A stretch of 64,000 nt of DNA. It comes from Flavobacterium sp. GTDB taxonomy: Bacteria; Bacteroidota; Bacteroidia; Flavobacteriales; Flavobacteriaceae. Below, piece after piece: positions 18,273-28,871 of this stretch. The notes beneath the pieces are model-generated. The model was not told the DNA's origin, made no database searches, and saw only the letters and a program-made list of their open reading frames with translations. How positions within the stretch are numbered: position 1 is the stretch's first letter; each line of letters begins with the position of its first letter. Position numbers and translations under genes: made by a program. Location: the NCBI GenBank assembly GCA_041303115.1, contig JBFYPW010000001.1, forward strand, positions 2,335 to 66,334. Direction: 5' to 3'.

Positions 18273-21200
18273 TTATCGTTTTAAACTAAAATGAGATTTA
18301 AAAATACCTTTTTGCTTACTTTGCGTAATAAATTCTACCGAGAACCAATAATCTGTAGACGGCAAATCTTTTCCATCGTATTTTCCATCCCAACCTGAGC
18401 CAGCGGGAGAAATTTGTTTTAATAATTTTCCGTATCTATCAAAAATAGAAATTAAACTTTTTGGTTGTTGCGCCAAATCAAAAATATTCCAAGTGTCGTG
18501 AAACCCATCTCCGTTTGGTGTAAAATAATTTGGATAATTAATAATATAAATAGGTCCAATTCTTGTAGGTGTACAATTTCCTAAGGTATCATAAATAATT
18601 ACAAAATAATCGCCTGTAACTAAGTTTGTAAAGGTATTACTTGTTTGAATTGGACTTAAATTTCCGTTTGGATATTCTAATTGATAGGTATAATTACCAT
18701 ACCCTTCTGTTATATTAACTGTAATAAAAGTCCCATCGGTATTAAATTCTGGACTCACCGTAAAATTGGCTTTAGCCGGACTTGATTGGATAATGGTAAC
18801 CGTTGTGTTATTATAATTACATGCTGATCCCACATCTGGAGTGAGTTTAACAAATGTAACATTATAGACGCCAGCTTGCGTTGCGGTAAAATTAGGTCCC
18901 GTTCCTAACAAAGTCCCATTTAAAAACCAACTTACGGTATACACAGCAGGATTTAAGCCAGTTTGAATTGTATAAGGACGAATTAGAACATTTGTAATAG
19001 GGTCTACACAAATAACCCCTTGAGGTAAAGTAATATTTATTAAAGGATGAACCGTAAAAGTAAATGGTTGTTCTGCGCTGCAATTTGAATTATTTATTGC
19101 GGTGGCGTGAACATAATAGGTATAAGTACCTGGTGTAGTAATATTTAAATTACTGATTAAATTAGTTGTATTTCCTCCTGGTTGCGAATAATAATTTATA
19201 TTGAAACCAACGGAAGGTAAAGTAGGTAATACATATGTTCCGCATTCTTCGGTATCAAATACTAAAGCTAATGCAGCTAAATTTGGTGTTTGAGATACAA
19301 TTATATCAAAACTATCTTGAGCATTACAAATTGTTCTATCTCCATTTGATGCTACTACCCAAATTGTTGTAGTCGAATTCGGAATATTAAAAATTAATCC
19401 ATTAGCAACGGGTAATGTACCTGCTTGATCATAAAAATAACCAATTGTAAAGTTTTCTGGAGTGGGCGGTACATGTGTTAATGCTGGTAAGGTATAATTT
19501 TGAGTTTCACATACTGAAACATTTGGGTAATTTGGTAAATTAATACCGCTATACGTTACCGTAAAGGGTCTATTAATTGTGCAATTAGTTGCTGTGTCAA
19601 TATTATACAAATAAAAGATTTGCGTACCTGAAAAAACAGTTGTTGGCGATACTATTGTTCCTCCTCCACTTGGCCCCCCTGGCGCAGTATATATGGTCCC
19701 ATTTACAGGTTGAGCAATTGAATATGGCGTACATTCAAATCTATCTAGCACACCATCAGCGGGTGGAAATGGGTTTAAATTTATAGTAAACGATAATTCA
19801 TTTGAACAGCTATTTACATCAGGTCCGTTAAAAACATAATATGTTCCTGGATTTAATCTAATCCCAGATAAATCGATAATATTTCCAGCAAAAAGAGGTA
19901 TTTGACCAATAGTTGTAGGTCCTCCGGGTAAGGTATAATAGGATCCATTTGTTAAAACAGGTAAAATAAATTCTCCACAGTATACACCGCTTGGTATTAC
20001 ATCTACTAAAGGCAATGGATTAATAATAATATTATAATTTAAGTTGTTCGAACAGTTTGGCAATAATGTTGTATTCGCATAAAAATAAACTACTTGTGAT
20101 GTAGTTATAGGAATAGCAGGGTCAATCATAGTACCCCCGCCTAATGGAGCCGTATAATACCCTCCAAAAGTAATAGCAGGTAAAGTATAACTAACACAAC
20201 CATTTACGGTAGTAAACAAAGTTGTATTAATAATATTGATTTGGAAATCGGTTTCTAAAGCACAACCGCCAGGATTACCATTTGCATCAATAAAAGAAGT
20301 AGTATTATATATGTACATTATTTGAGTTGCATTTATAATATCCCCAGCAAAATAGGGTGTTCCTGTTCCTCCTGGTTCAGAAAAATAATTTCCATGAGTT
20401 AAAGCTGGTAATGTATAAGAATTACAATAAGTAACATCTGGTAAAGTATCAATTAAAGGAAGAGGGCGTATGTTAATATTAAATAATTCATCTCTACAAA
20501 AAACGCCATTTACCTCAGCATAATAATATACTTGCTGAACAATATTTAATTGCGTAGCATTTGGAAAAACAGTTCCTGTAGAAATTAAAGTTCCTGTACC
20601 AGTTGGTCCACCAGGGGCGGTGTAAAAAGCACCAATATTATATGGCGGAGAGGGTACTGTAAATGAACCACAATTATCTAAAGCAGGTTTATACTCATCA
20701 ACAAAATAAGCTAAAAAGGAAGATTCGTTAAAACAGCCATTCACATCTGGTCCGTAATATATATAATACATAGCGCTTTCATCTATTATATTACCTGCAA
20801 ATAAAGCTGTCCCAGAACCACCTGGCCCTGTAAAATAATTCCCGTTTGTTAAAACTGGTAATACATAGCTACTACATTCTACCAAATCGGCTAAATCGTC
20901 TACCAGAGGCAATGGATTTACATTAATATCTACACTTGTAACATCAAAACAAAGTGGATTAGAAGTGTTTTGCATTCTGATCCAAACAGTTACTGTTGTA
21001 GTTCCATTAGGTATAGCAACTGAAGTAATCGCGCCGGTATTTCCTGCAATAGCATCTGCTTGATTGGTAAAATATAAAACACTATAACCTATTAATCCGT
21101 TTAATACCTGAAGATCTAAATTAGCTAAATTATAGGATGTTGCAGAAGCAGCTTCACATAATTGTACATCAACTGGTTGAGTAGCATTAACAACTGGATT

Positions 21201-22484
21201 TATTACTAAATCAAATTGATATACTGTACTACAAAACAAATTTGTTAATGTATTATAAATTTTTACGAAAATTGTTTGTCCAGAAGTAGTAGAAAAATTT
21301 GTTGGCCCTAAAATAGGATTATTTGCAGTTATATCAGCCATAGAAGCATAATAAAACAAATCATAAGTTGTATTATCAACACCTAATTGCGCTTCATTAT
21401 TTGTAGTTAAATCAAAGGTATAATTTGCTGCACCTGTATTACATGTTTGTAAATTATTTGGAGCAGTAACGGCTAAGTCATTAATAGTTACAGTGTCTGT
21501 TAAAAAACAAGAGCCTTTTGTAACTTCTACTGAATAGGTTCCAGGAGCATTTACTATGTATGAAGGCGTATTTCCTCCAACAGGATTTCCATTTTGAAAC
21601 CATTGAAAAGTATATGAAGAATCCAATTGCGTATTTAATTGAATCGTATTTCCAGAACAAGCTGTTTGATCAGGACCTAAATCTAATGACGTTGTAAAAC
21701 TTCCACCAGAAATAAATACAGCAGAATCATAACCAGAATTATTGTAATCCCCAATTACTAATCTTATTTTATAAGGAACATTAGGTGTTACTACTGAAGC
21801 CGCATTCATTACAACGGTGTGGCCTCTCATATTTAATGTAGAAGCTGGAATGTTTATGGGGTTATATATACTGAAAAAATTTGGATTGGCCGATACACAA
21901 TTGGAATTATATAAATTATTTCTAATGTCTTTAACCGTAACCGGTAAACTTGTACCTGGGATAACGGCTAAATTGGTTGAAACACCAGTGTTTAAATTGG
22001 TCAAAACAAAAGCAAAAACATCACTAAAAGAACATTGGTACTCGCCATATTCATTAGAAGCAAATAAAAAATCAAAACTAAAACTATTTGAAACAGGTAC
22101 AAAATCAAATTCTAAAAAAGCCACATCAGTAATTATGGAAGATTGACCGCTATTGTTGCTTATAGTTTGCAAATAAGCATCAGTATTCGTGTTAATTTGC
22201 GAACTTAATGTGGAATTGTTTACATAGTTGCCTTGTGTGTTTAAAACAAGTCCATTTCGTATGATAATTCCTTCGTTTATTGGAAAGGTAGAACCGTTTT
22301 TATTAAAATAGGCAACCGATTGATTGGATGAAATTGCAATATTTGAGACTGAAACACAAGAATTTACAAGTAGTAAATCTACTAGCTGAGCAGGAGTATT
22401 AGTAGTGTTGTCAATTGTTATTGTCTGAGAAAACACACTAGAACTTAATGCTAATAATAAATAATAAAGGGGCTTAATATTCAT
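18273..22484 (-). CDS. Large T9SS type B CTD surface protein with N-terminal choice-of-anchor L-like domain and internal repeats
   Basis: Signal peptide; FLFASNEY..F.DVF and IGD....YDSAVFI motifs; C-terminal YPNYFTPNGDGFHDTW...IFDRYGK...WDG...LPSTDYWF...HFSLKR. Confidence 0.88.
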   Translation of the reverse strand: MNIKPLYYLLLALSSSVFSQTITIDNTTNTPAQLVDLLLVNSCVSVSNIAISSNQSVAYFNKNGSTFPINEGIIIRNGLVLNTQGNYVNNSTLSSQINTNTDAYLQTISNNSGQSSIITDVAFLEFDFVPVSNSFSFDFLFASNEYGEYQCSFSDVFAFVLTNLNTGVSTNLAVIPGTSLPVTVKDIRNNLYNSNCVSANPNFFSIYNPINIPASTLNMRGHTVVMNAASVVTPNVPYKIRLVIGDYNNSGYDSAVFISGGSFTTSLDLGPDQTACSGNTIQLNTQLDSSYTFQWFQNGNPVGGNTPSYIVNAPGTYSVEVTKGSCFLTDTVTINDLAVTAPNNLQTCNTGAANYTFDLTTNNEAQLGVDNTTYDLFYYASMADITANNPILGPTNFSTTSGQTIFVKIYNTLTNLFCSTVYQFDLVINPVVNATQPVDVQLCEAASATSYNLANLDLQVLNGLIGYSVLYFTNQADAIAGNTGAITSVAIPNGTTTVTVWIRMQNTSNPLCFDVTSVDINVNPLPLVDDLADLVECSSYVLPVLTNGNYFTGPGGSGTALFAGNIIDESAMYYIYYGPDVNGCFNESSFLAYFVDEYKPALDNCGSFTVPSPPYNIGAFYTAPGGPTGTGTLISTGTVFPNATQLNIVQQVYYYAEVNGVFCRDELFNINIRPLPLIDTLPDVTYCNSYTLPALTHGNYFSEPGGTGTPYFAGDIINATQIMYIYNTTSFIDANGNPGGCALETDFQINIINTTLFTTVNGCVSYTLPAITFGGYYTAPLGGGTMIDPAIPITTSQVVYFYANTTLLPNCSNNLNYNIIINPLPLVDVIPSGVYCGEFILPVLTNGSYYTLPGGPTTIGQIPLFAGNIIDLSGIRLNPGTYYVFNGPDVNSCSNELSFTINLNPFPPADGVLDRFECTPYSIAQPVNGTIYTAPGGPSGGGTIVSPTTVFSGTQIFYLYNIDTATNCTINRPFTVTYSGINLPNYPNVSVCETQNYTLPALTHVPPTPENFTIGYFYDQAGTLPVANGLIFNIPNSTTTIWVVASNGDRTICNAQDSFDIIVSQTPNLAALALVFDTEECGTYVLPTLPSVGFNINYYSQPGGNTTNLISNLNITTPGTYTYYVHATAINNSNCSAEQPFTFTVHPLINITLPQGVICVDPITNVLIRPYTIQTGLNPAVYTVSWFLNGTLLGTGPNFTATQAGVYNVTFVKLTPDVGSACNYNNTTVTIIQSSPAKANFTVSPEFNTDGTFITVNITEGYGNYTYQLEYPNGNLSPIQTSNTFTNLVTGDYFVIIYDTLGNCTPTRIGPIYIINYPNYFTPNGDGFHDTWNIFDLAQQPKSLISIFDRYGKLLKQISPAGSGWDGKYDGKDLPSTDYWFSVEFITQSKQKGIFKSHFSLKR

Positions 22485-22536
22485 ATTATTAGAGTAATTC
22501 TAAATTTAAATATAAATTTATGAAATATTTTAAATA

Positions 22537-22571
22537 AACAAAAGCATATTAATAATAAATATGCTTTTGTT
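22537..22571 (-). terminator. Intrinsic terminator after lepA
   Basis: AACAAAAGCATATT...AATATGCTTTTGTT. Confidence 0.7.
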
Positions 22572-22582
22572 AGTTTATCTAT

Positions 22583-24379
22583 TTAATCGTTTAATTTTAA
22601 AACGGCCATAAATGCTTCTTGAGGAATTTCTACATTTCCTACTTGACGCATTCGCTTTTTACCTTTTTTCTGTTTTTCCAATAGTTTTCTTTTACGAGAA
22701 ATATCACCACCATAACATTTTGCAGTAACATCTTTTCGAAGCGCTTTTATTGTTTCACGTGCGATGATTTTTGCTCCAATAGCAGCTTGAATTGGAATAT
22801 CAAATTGCTGACGCGGAATTAATTCGCGTAATTTTTCGCACATTTTTTTACCAATATTATATGCATTATCTTCGTGAATAAGAGCAGATAGTGCGTCTAC
22901 TGAAGTGGCATTTAATAACACGTCTAATTTAACTAATTTAGATGTTCTCATTCCTATTGGATGATAATCAAAAGAAGCGTATCCTTTAGAAACGGTTTTC
23001 AATCTGTCATAAAAATCAAAAACTATTTCTGCTAAAGGCATATCAAAATTTAATTCTACACGTTCGGTTGTTAGGTAGGTTTGATTGGTAATTAAACCTC
23101 GCTTTTCAATACATAAACTCATTACATTTCCAACATAATCGGCTTTTGTAATGATAGTTGCTTTAATATATGGCTCTTCTACTCGGTCTAATTTACTTGG
23201 TTCTGGTAAATCTGATGGATTGTTTATTATGAAACCAACCTCAGGTTCTTTCTTTGTGTAAGCCAAGTACGAAACGTTTGGTACGGTTGTAATAACAGTC
23301 ATATCAAACTCACGTTCTAAACGCTCTTGAATAATTTCCATATGCAACATTCCTAAGAATCCACATCGGAAACCAAATCCTAATGCTGCTGAACTTTCTG
23401 GTAAAAACACCAAAGACGCATCATTTAATTGTAGTTTTTCCATTGAAGAACGTAAATCTTCATAATCTTCTGTGTCTACAGGATAAATTCCGGCAAAAAC
23501 CATTGGTTTTACGTCTTCAAAACCTGTAATCATGTTTGTTGTTGGTTCTTTAGCGTCTGTAACGGTATCCCCAACTTTTACTTCTTTTGCTTCTTTTATT
23601 CCAGAAATTAAATAACCAACATCTCCTGTTGAAATTACATTTTTTGGAACCTGATTTAATTTTAATGTCCCCACCTCATCAGCAAAGTATTCTTTACCGG
23701 TTGCCATAAATTTAATTTTCTGACCTTTTTTAATTTCACCATTTACGACACGAAAAATTACTTCAATTCCTCTAAATGGATTGTAATGCGAATCAAAAAT
23801 TAATGCTTGTAAAGGTTCGTCTTTTATACCCTTTGGTGCTGGGATTTTTTCTATAATAGCCGCTAAAATATTTTCTACACCGAAACCTGTTTTACCAGAA
23901 GCGTGAATAATATCTTCTAATTTACAACCTAATAAATCGATAATGTCATCTGAAACTTCTTCCGGATTTGCAGAAGGTAAATCAACTTTATTTAATACAG
24001 GAATAATTTCCAAATCATTATCTAAAGCTAAATATAAATTTGAAATGGTTTGTGCTTGAATACTTTGCGCAGCATCAACAATTAACAAAGCGCCTTCACA
24101 GGCTGCAATACTTCGAGAAACTTCATAAGAAAAATCTACGTGGCCAGGTGTATCAATTAAATTTAAGATATATTCCTGACCTTGGTACGTATATTCCATT
24201 TGAATCGCGTGACTTTTTATGGTAATACCACGCTCGCGTTCCAAATCCATATTATCCAATAATTGTGCTTTTTCTTCTCTGGCAGTTACTGTTTGAGTAG
24301 CGCCTAAAAGTCTATCGGCTAATGTACTTTTTCCGTGGTCTATATGTGCAATTATGCAAAAATTTCTAATTTGTTTCAT
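22583..24379 (-). CDS. lepA: Translation elongation factor 4
   Basis: [46 protein letters not shown]; ATG 24379. Confidence 0.98.
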   Translation of the reverse strand: MKQIRNFCIIAHIDHGKSTLADRLLGATQTVTAREEKAQLLDNMDLERERGITIKSHAIQMEYTYQGQEYILNLIDTPGHVDFSYEVSRSIAACEGALLIVDAAQSIQAQTISNLYLALDNDLEIIPVLNKVDLPSANPEEVSDDIIDLLGCKLEDIIHASGKTGFGVENILAAIIEKIPAPKGIKDEPLQALIFDSHYNPFRGIEVIFRVVNGEIKKGQKIKFMATGKEYFADEVGTLKLNQVPKNVISTGDVGYLISGIKEAKEVKVGDTVTDAKEPTTNMITGFEDVKPMVFAGIYPVDTEDYEDLRSSMEKLQLNDASLVFLPESSAALGFGFRCGFLGMLHMEIIQERLEREFDMTVITTVPNVSYLAYTKKEPEVGFIINNPSDLPEPSKLDRVEEPYIKATIITKADYVGNVMSLCIEKRGLITNQTYLTTERVELNFDMPLAEIVFDFYDRLKTVSKGYASFDYHPIGMRTSKLVKLDVLLNATSVDALSALIHEDNAYNIGKKMCEKLRELIPRQQFDIPIQAAIGAKIIARETIKALRKDVTAKCYGGDISRKRKLLEKQKKGKKRMRQVGNVEIPQEAFMAVLKLND

Positions 24380-24382
24380 ATT

Positions 24383-24420
24383 CAATTTCAAAAATCAATA
24401 ACAATTTCAAAAATCAATAA
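24383..24420. repeat. Perfect 19-bp tandem duplication in the lepA 5' region
   Basis: CAATTTCAAAAATCAATAA x2. Confidence 0.9.
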
Positions 24421-24513
24421 AAAATTGAAATTAAAATTGGTTTACTTTGTTTATAATCTGCAAATATAGGGTAATTATGCGGTTTTGAAAAAGAATAATT
24501 TAGGAATAACGAT

Positions 24514-25590
24514 CTAAAACTCAAACGTCAATTGGTACACCACAAATTTTTTCTGATGCGTGTTTAAATTGTTTAAGGAAATGCCTAATAATCGAACCGA
24601 ATTTTTCAATTTTTCTTGATACAATAATTCTTTTGCGGTTTCAAAAATCAGATTTTTATCGGAAATAAAATACTGTACCGTTTTACTTCTTGTTTGCTGT
24701 GAAAAATCGGAATATTTTATTTTTAAAGTAATGGTTTTTCCCGCTATTTTATATTTTTTAATACGTCGTTCAATCTCTTCAGCTATATTTTTTAAACGTT
24801 CTTCCATGTAAATTTCAGAAGATAAATTTTTATTAAACGTGCGTTCGGCACCAACAGATTTCATTTCTCTATTTGGTTTAACCTGACTAAAACTTATCCC
24901 TCGAGATAAATTATAGTACGATTTCCCACTGTTGCCAAAATGTTTTTCAAGATAGTCTATCGATTTGGTTTTTAAATCTATTCCGGAATAAATGCCTAAT
25001 TGATACATTTTTTCAGCAGTAACTTTTCCAATTCCGTAGAATTTTTTCACATCTAACACTTCAATAAATGCTTCCACCTCGTCCGGATTTACTGTTTTTT
25101 GACCGTTGGGCTTATTAAAATCACTCGCAATTTTGGCTACAAATTTATTTACAGAAATACCTGCAGAAGCTGTTAATCCGGTTACTTCAAATATTTTTTG
25201 GCGGATTTCTTTGGCAATTAATGTCGCACTTGGATTTCCTTTTTTATTTTCCGTAACATCTAAATACGCCTCATCTAACGAAAGTGGTTCTACCAAATCT
25301 GTATATTCATAAAATATTTTTCTAATTTGTTTAGAAACTTCTTTATAGCGTTCAAAATTAGGTTTTACAAAAATTAAATCAGCACATAATCTAGCGGCTT
25401 GTGCACCACTCATGGCGCTTCGGACACCAAATTTTCTTGCTTCATAACTTGCGGCACTCACTACACCACGAATTTCATTTCCACCCACAGCAATTGGCTT
25501 TCCTATTAAATCAGGATTGTCCAATTGTTCTACAGAGGCATAAAAGGCATCCATATCAATATGAATTATTTTTCGTTGTATACTTTCCAT
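24514..25590 (-). CDS. dinB: DNA polymerase IV
   Basis: IHIDMDAFYASVE, SYEARKFGVRSAM, SLDEAYLD, AKIASDFNKPNG; likely ATG 25590. Confidence 0.95.
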   Translation of the reverse strand: MESIQRKIIHIDMDAFYASVEQLDNPDLIGKPIAVGGNEIRGVVSAASYEARKFGVRSAMSGAQAARLCADLIFVKPNFERYKEVSKQIRKIFYEYTDLVEPLSLDEAYLDVTENKKGNPSATLIAKEIRQKIFEVTGLTASAGISVNKFVAKIASDFNKPNGQKTVNPDEVEAFIEVLDVKKFYGIGKVTAEKMYQLGIYSGIDLKTKSIDYLEKHFGNSGKSYYNLSRGISFSQVKPNREMKSVGAERTFNKNLSSEIYMEERLKNIAEEIERRIKKYKIAGKTITLKIKYSDFSQQTRSKTVQYFISDKNLIFETAKELLYQEKLKNSVRLLGISLNNLNTHQKKFVVYQLTFEF

Positions 25591-25731
25591 AAAATTTACA
25601 AAGTACTGAAAAAAAATGCATTTTATCGAACACGAATTTTTACAAAAAAACAAGCCATTACGTCTTTAAATAAACTTATGTAACTTATATGTTTAAATAT
25701 TGTAATTTTGATTCTTTATACTTTAAGAATT

Positions 25732-26199
25732 ATGCAAGAAATAGAACGTAAATTTTTAGTCCATTCCTCAAATTTTATTGCTGAGGCTTTCCATTCGCAG
25801 AAAATTGCTCAAGGGTATTTAAATTCCACACCTGAACGAACAGTCCGAATCAGGATTAAAGACGAAAAAGGATTTATTACTATAAAAGGTAAAGGCGACG
25901 AATCAGGAACTACCCGTTTTGAATGGGAAAAAGAAATTGATTTATACGAAGCAGAAGCATTATTAAAATTATGCGAAACAGGCGTAATTGATAAAAACCG
26001 ATATTTAATCAAAAAAGGAAATCACACATTTGAAGTGGATATTTTTGAAGGGGAAAACAAAGGATTAATTATTGCCGAAATAGAACTTTCCGAAGCCAAT
26101 GAAATGTTTCAAAAACCAAATTGGCTAGGCGAAGAAGTTACAGGAGACGAAAGATATTATAATGCCTATTTAAGCAAAAAGCCTTTTACTACTTGGTAA
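25732..26199 (+). CDS. CYTH domain protein (triphosphate tunnel metalloenzyme)
   Basis: EIERKF, QGYL, VRIR, AEIEL, P.WLGEEVT; ATG 25732. Confidence 0.9.
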   Translation: MQEIERKFLVHSSNFIAEAFHSQKIAQGYLNSTPERTVRIRIKDEKGFITIKGKGDESGTTRFEWEKEIDLYEAEALLKLCETGVIDKNRYLIKKGNHTFEVDIFEGENKGLIIAEIELSEANEMFQKPNWLGEEVTGDERYYNAYLSKKPFTTW

Positions 26200-26210
26200 A
26201 AGGCTATTAG

Positions 26211-26672
26211 TTATTTCTTCACAATTTCAATATTTACATCAATATGTCCGCCATAATTTGATGGTCTAATTTTCCAAAATGCGGCTCTAGTTAAATCAAT
26301 ATGTCTGTTTTTATGAAACGGTCCTCTATCGGTAACGGTAACATACACTACTTTTTTAGTTTTTACACCTGTAACTTTTAACCTTGTGCCAAATGGAAGT
26401 TTTCGGTGTGCGCAAGTCATGTCATTGTTGTTAAATCTTGTACCACTTGCCGTTCTTCTCCCATTAAATTTGTTAGCATAATAAGAAGCGTGTGCCGATT
26501 CGTGATACATTTCTAGTTTTTCAACAGGTTTGGCTATACTGTCTTTTTTCTTTACTGTATCTGTAACTTTTAGTTTTGGTTTTTCTTGAGAAAAATTAGA
26601 TTTAATATTTTCCTTCTGAAAAAAAAGCACTACTAAAAGCGGTAATATGTATATAAATTTTTTCATCTTCAT
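26211..26672 (-). CDS. rlpA: Septal ring lytic transglycosylase RlpA family protein
   Basis: ASYYANKFNGRRTASG, AHRKLPFGT, DRGPF, IDL. Confidence 0.88.
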   Translation of the reverse strand: MKMKKFIYILPLLVVLFFQKENIKSNFSQEKPKLKVTDTVKKKDSIAKPVEKLEMYHESAHASYYANKFNGRRTASGTRFNNNDMTCAHRKLPFGTRLKVTGVKTKKVVYVTVTDRGPFHKNRHIDLTRAAFWKIRPSNYGGHIDVNIEIVKK

Positions 26673-26742
26673 ATAATATAAGATTAAAAAAGAAGTAAAT
26701 TTTCACTTACTTCTCTTTATATTTTTATTGATTTGACAGGAA

Positions 26743-27159
26743 TTATGCCATCCAATTCGTCCAAGGAATTCTTGATAAGATTAACAGTAATCCTAAAGCA
26801 TAAAAAATACCAATTTTTTTAAACTTCCCATTACTGCTTTCTTCTTTTTTATGTTTGCTCCAACCAATTGTAATTAAAACAATCGCAATGATATTAATTA
26901 AAGGATGTTCCATAGCTGTTAAGCGCATAGCCGAATTTGACATTTGACTTAAAGCGGCTTTTCCAATTGGAGATTCTACCCAAAGAACAATTCCAACCAA
27001 CAACTGAATATGACTAAAAATTAATGCAATTAAAGAAATACTTCTGTCTTTTGAAGTGAAATTTCTTTTTGCTGAAAGCCCTAAAAAAGCATTAATAATT
27101 GCTAAAACCAATACGGCTAAAACAGCATAAGCTAACGTAGAATGAATAGATTGTAACAT
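26743..27159 (-). CDS. Conserved 4-TM membrane protein of unknown function
   Basis: HS...Y, HIQLLVG, EHP and IPW motifs; ATG 27159 after the TATATTTG box at 27191-27184. Confidence 0.75.
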   Translation of the reverse strand: MLQSIHSTLAYAVLAVLVLAIINAFLGLSAKRNFTSKDRSISLIALIFSHIQLLVGIVLWVESPIGKAALSQMSNSAMRLTAMEHPLINIIAIVLITIGWSKHKKEESSNGKFKKIGIFYALGLLLILSRIPWTNWMA

Positions 27160-27224
27160 AGTTTGTTTTTTTAGTAATAATTTCAAATATAATAAAATAT
27201 ATGGAATTCCTATTTAATTTAATA

Positions 27225-27788
27225 TTAAAAATTGTAAACTTTAGTTGGTGTTGCACAATAATCTAACTGAATATCAGTAGATAAGGTGTCAAAAATTACT
27301 GTTTCTGCTTCAAAAAAAGAAAGACCAATTTTTATGGTTTCTGGTTGGCATTTTGACAAAAACTGATCATAAAATCCTTTACCATAACCTACTCTATTAC
27401 CTTTTTCATCAAAAGCTAAAAGAGGCACAAAAACTACATTAATTTTAGAAACAGGAACTTCTAAACCATCAACTGGCTCAGGAATGTTGTATTTGTTTTT
27501 CTTAATTTTGGTCGCATCGGTTAAAAGAAAATGCGTCATTTCCCGAGTTGAAAAATCACTTACAGAAAGGACAATATTTTTATCTTTTCCTGCCAAAACT
27601 TGTAAAATATATTCTGTATTTACCTCATTTTTGGTTTCAATAGGTAAAAAAAGATGGTAAAAACTGTGTTGCCAAATATCTAAATGAATGATTTGATTTG
27701 CAATTTTTAAGGATAAATCTTCAATCGTAGCTTCAGATAATTTTTGCCTTAAAGCGTTATACTTGGTTCTTAATTCCTTCTTCGTCAT
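27225..27788 (-). CDS. 5-formyltetrahydrofolate cyclo-ligase
   Basis: KKELR, IPEP, VPLLAFD.KGNRVGYGKGFYD. Confidence 0.93.
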   Translation of the reverse strand: MTKKELRTKYNALRQKLSEATIEDLSLKIANQIIHLDIWQHSFYHLFLPIETKNEVNTEYILQVLAGKDKNIVLSVSDFSTREMTHFLLTDATKIKKNKYNIPEPVDGLEVPVSKINVVFVPLLAFDEKGNRVGYGKGFYDQFLSKCQPETIKIGLSFFEAETVIFDTLSTDIQLDYCATPTKVYNF

Positions 27789-28746
27789 TTTCTAATTTTG
27801 TTGAAATATGAAAAACGGCATCACCTTGATATACAATTGGTGCATCATTTACATTTATTAAATAACCGGCGTGTGGTGCTTTTATTTTATGACTCACCTT
27901 TCCGAAAGGATCTGAAATTGTGGCCAATAATTCGCCTTTAGTTACAAAACTTCCAATTTGTTTTAAGCCGTGAAACATCCCAGAAAAATTAGCTCGTACC
28001 CAATCCGATGTTTCAATATATATAGTTTGGTGTGGGTTTGAAATTTCGTGTTTGTTCTTAAGCATACCAAAATGCGTTAAAAATCGTTTGGTTCCTTCAA
28101 CAGCTTCTTTAGTTACTTCATTATTAATATCTACTGATTTCCCTCCTTCAAATAACAACATTTTCACATTCATTTTGTCACAAGAGCTTCTAAACGAACC
28201 AGAAATATTATTTGAATATAAGGTAAACGGAGCACCAAATACATCTGAAAGTGTTTTTAATTCCGTATTATTAGGAACAATTCGTATTTGAGGCGCATTA
28301 AATCTTCTGGCTCCACCAGCATGAAAATCTATTGCATAGTCTATATGAGGTAAAATTTCTTTTAATATATAATAAGCAAATTGACTTGCTAAAGAACCCG
28401 TTTTGCTTCCAGGAAAAATTCTATTTAAATCTCTCCCGTCGGGAAATTCTCTGGTTTGATTGACAAATCCGAAAATATTAATTACTGGAATACAGATAAT
28501 TGTACCTCGTTTTGGTTTATTAATTTTTTTGACAATTAATTTTCTAACAATTTCAGTCCCGTTAATCTCATCACCGTGTAAACCCGCAGTAAACAAAACT
28601 ACCGGGCCTTCTTTTTTACTTCTTTCCACAATAATTGGAATGTGTAAATCGGTCATCGTGTGCAACTTTCCAATTTGCATATTGATAGTTTTACTCTTTC
28701 CTGGCAAAATAGTTTCGTTAAAAATAGTAATTTCCTTGTGCATCAC
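27757..28746 (-). CDS. Succinylglutamate desuccinylase/aspartoacylase family protein (M14-like)
   Basis: LHGDEING, RDLNRIFPG, IDFHAG, FEGG; C-terminal lipoyl-like domain. Confidence 0.9.
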   Translation of the reverse strand: MMHKEITIFNETILPGKSKTINMQIGKLHTMTDLHIPIIVERSKKEGPVVLFTAGLHGDEINGTEIVRKLIVKKINKPKRGTIICIPVINIFGFVNQTREFPDGRDLNRIFPGSKTGSLASQFAYYILKEILPHIDYAIDFHAGGARRFNAPQIRIVPNNTELKTLSDVFGAPFTLYSNNISGSFRSSCDKMNVKMLLFEGGKSVDINNEVTKEAVEGTKRFLTHFGMLKNKHEISNPHQTIYIETSDWVRANFSGMFHGLKQIGSFVTKGELLATISDPFGKVSHKIKAPHAGYLINVNDAPIVYQGDAVFHISTKLENDEEGIKNQV

Positions 28747-28871
28747 GTGTTTTACTTTTTGCTAAAGTAATAAAAATTTACTTTATGCTAAATCAATTGT
28801 TTTTTGCTATTTTTGTAAGACTTACTCAAGTCAAATTACTGAATACTAAAACTGAATACTGTTTACTTCAA

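Noticed and set aside
25591-25731. SOS/LexA box upstream of dinB
   Set aside because: No convincing palindrome found by eye
27757-27788. 32-bp overlap of the aspartoacylase-family and 5-formyl-THF cyclo-ligase genes as a frameshift
   Set aside because: Both proteins look complete; ordinary translational-coupling overlap
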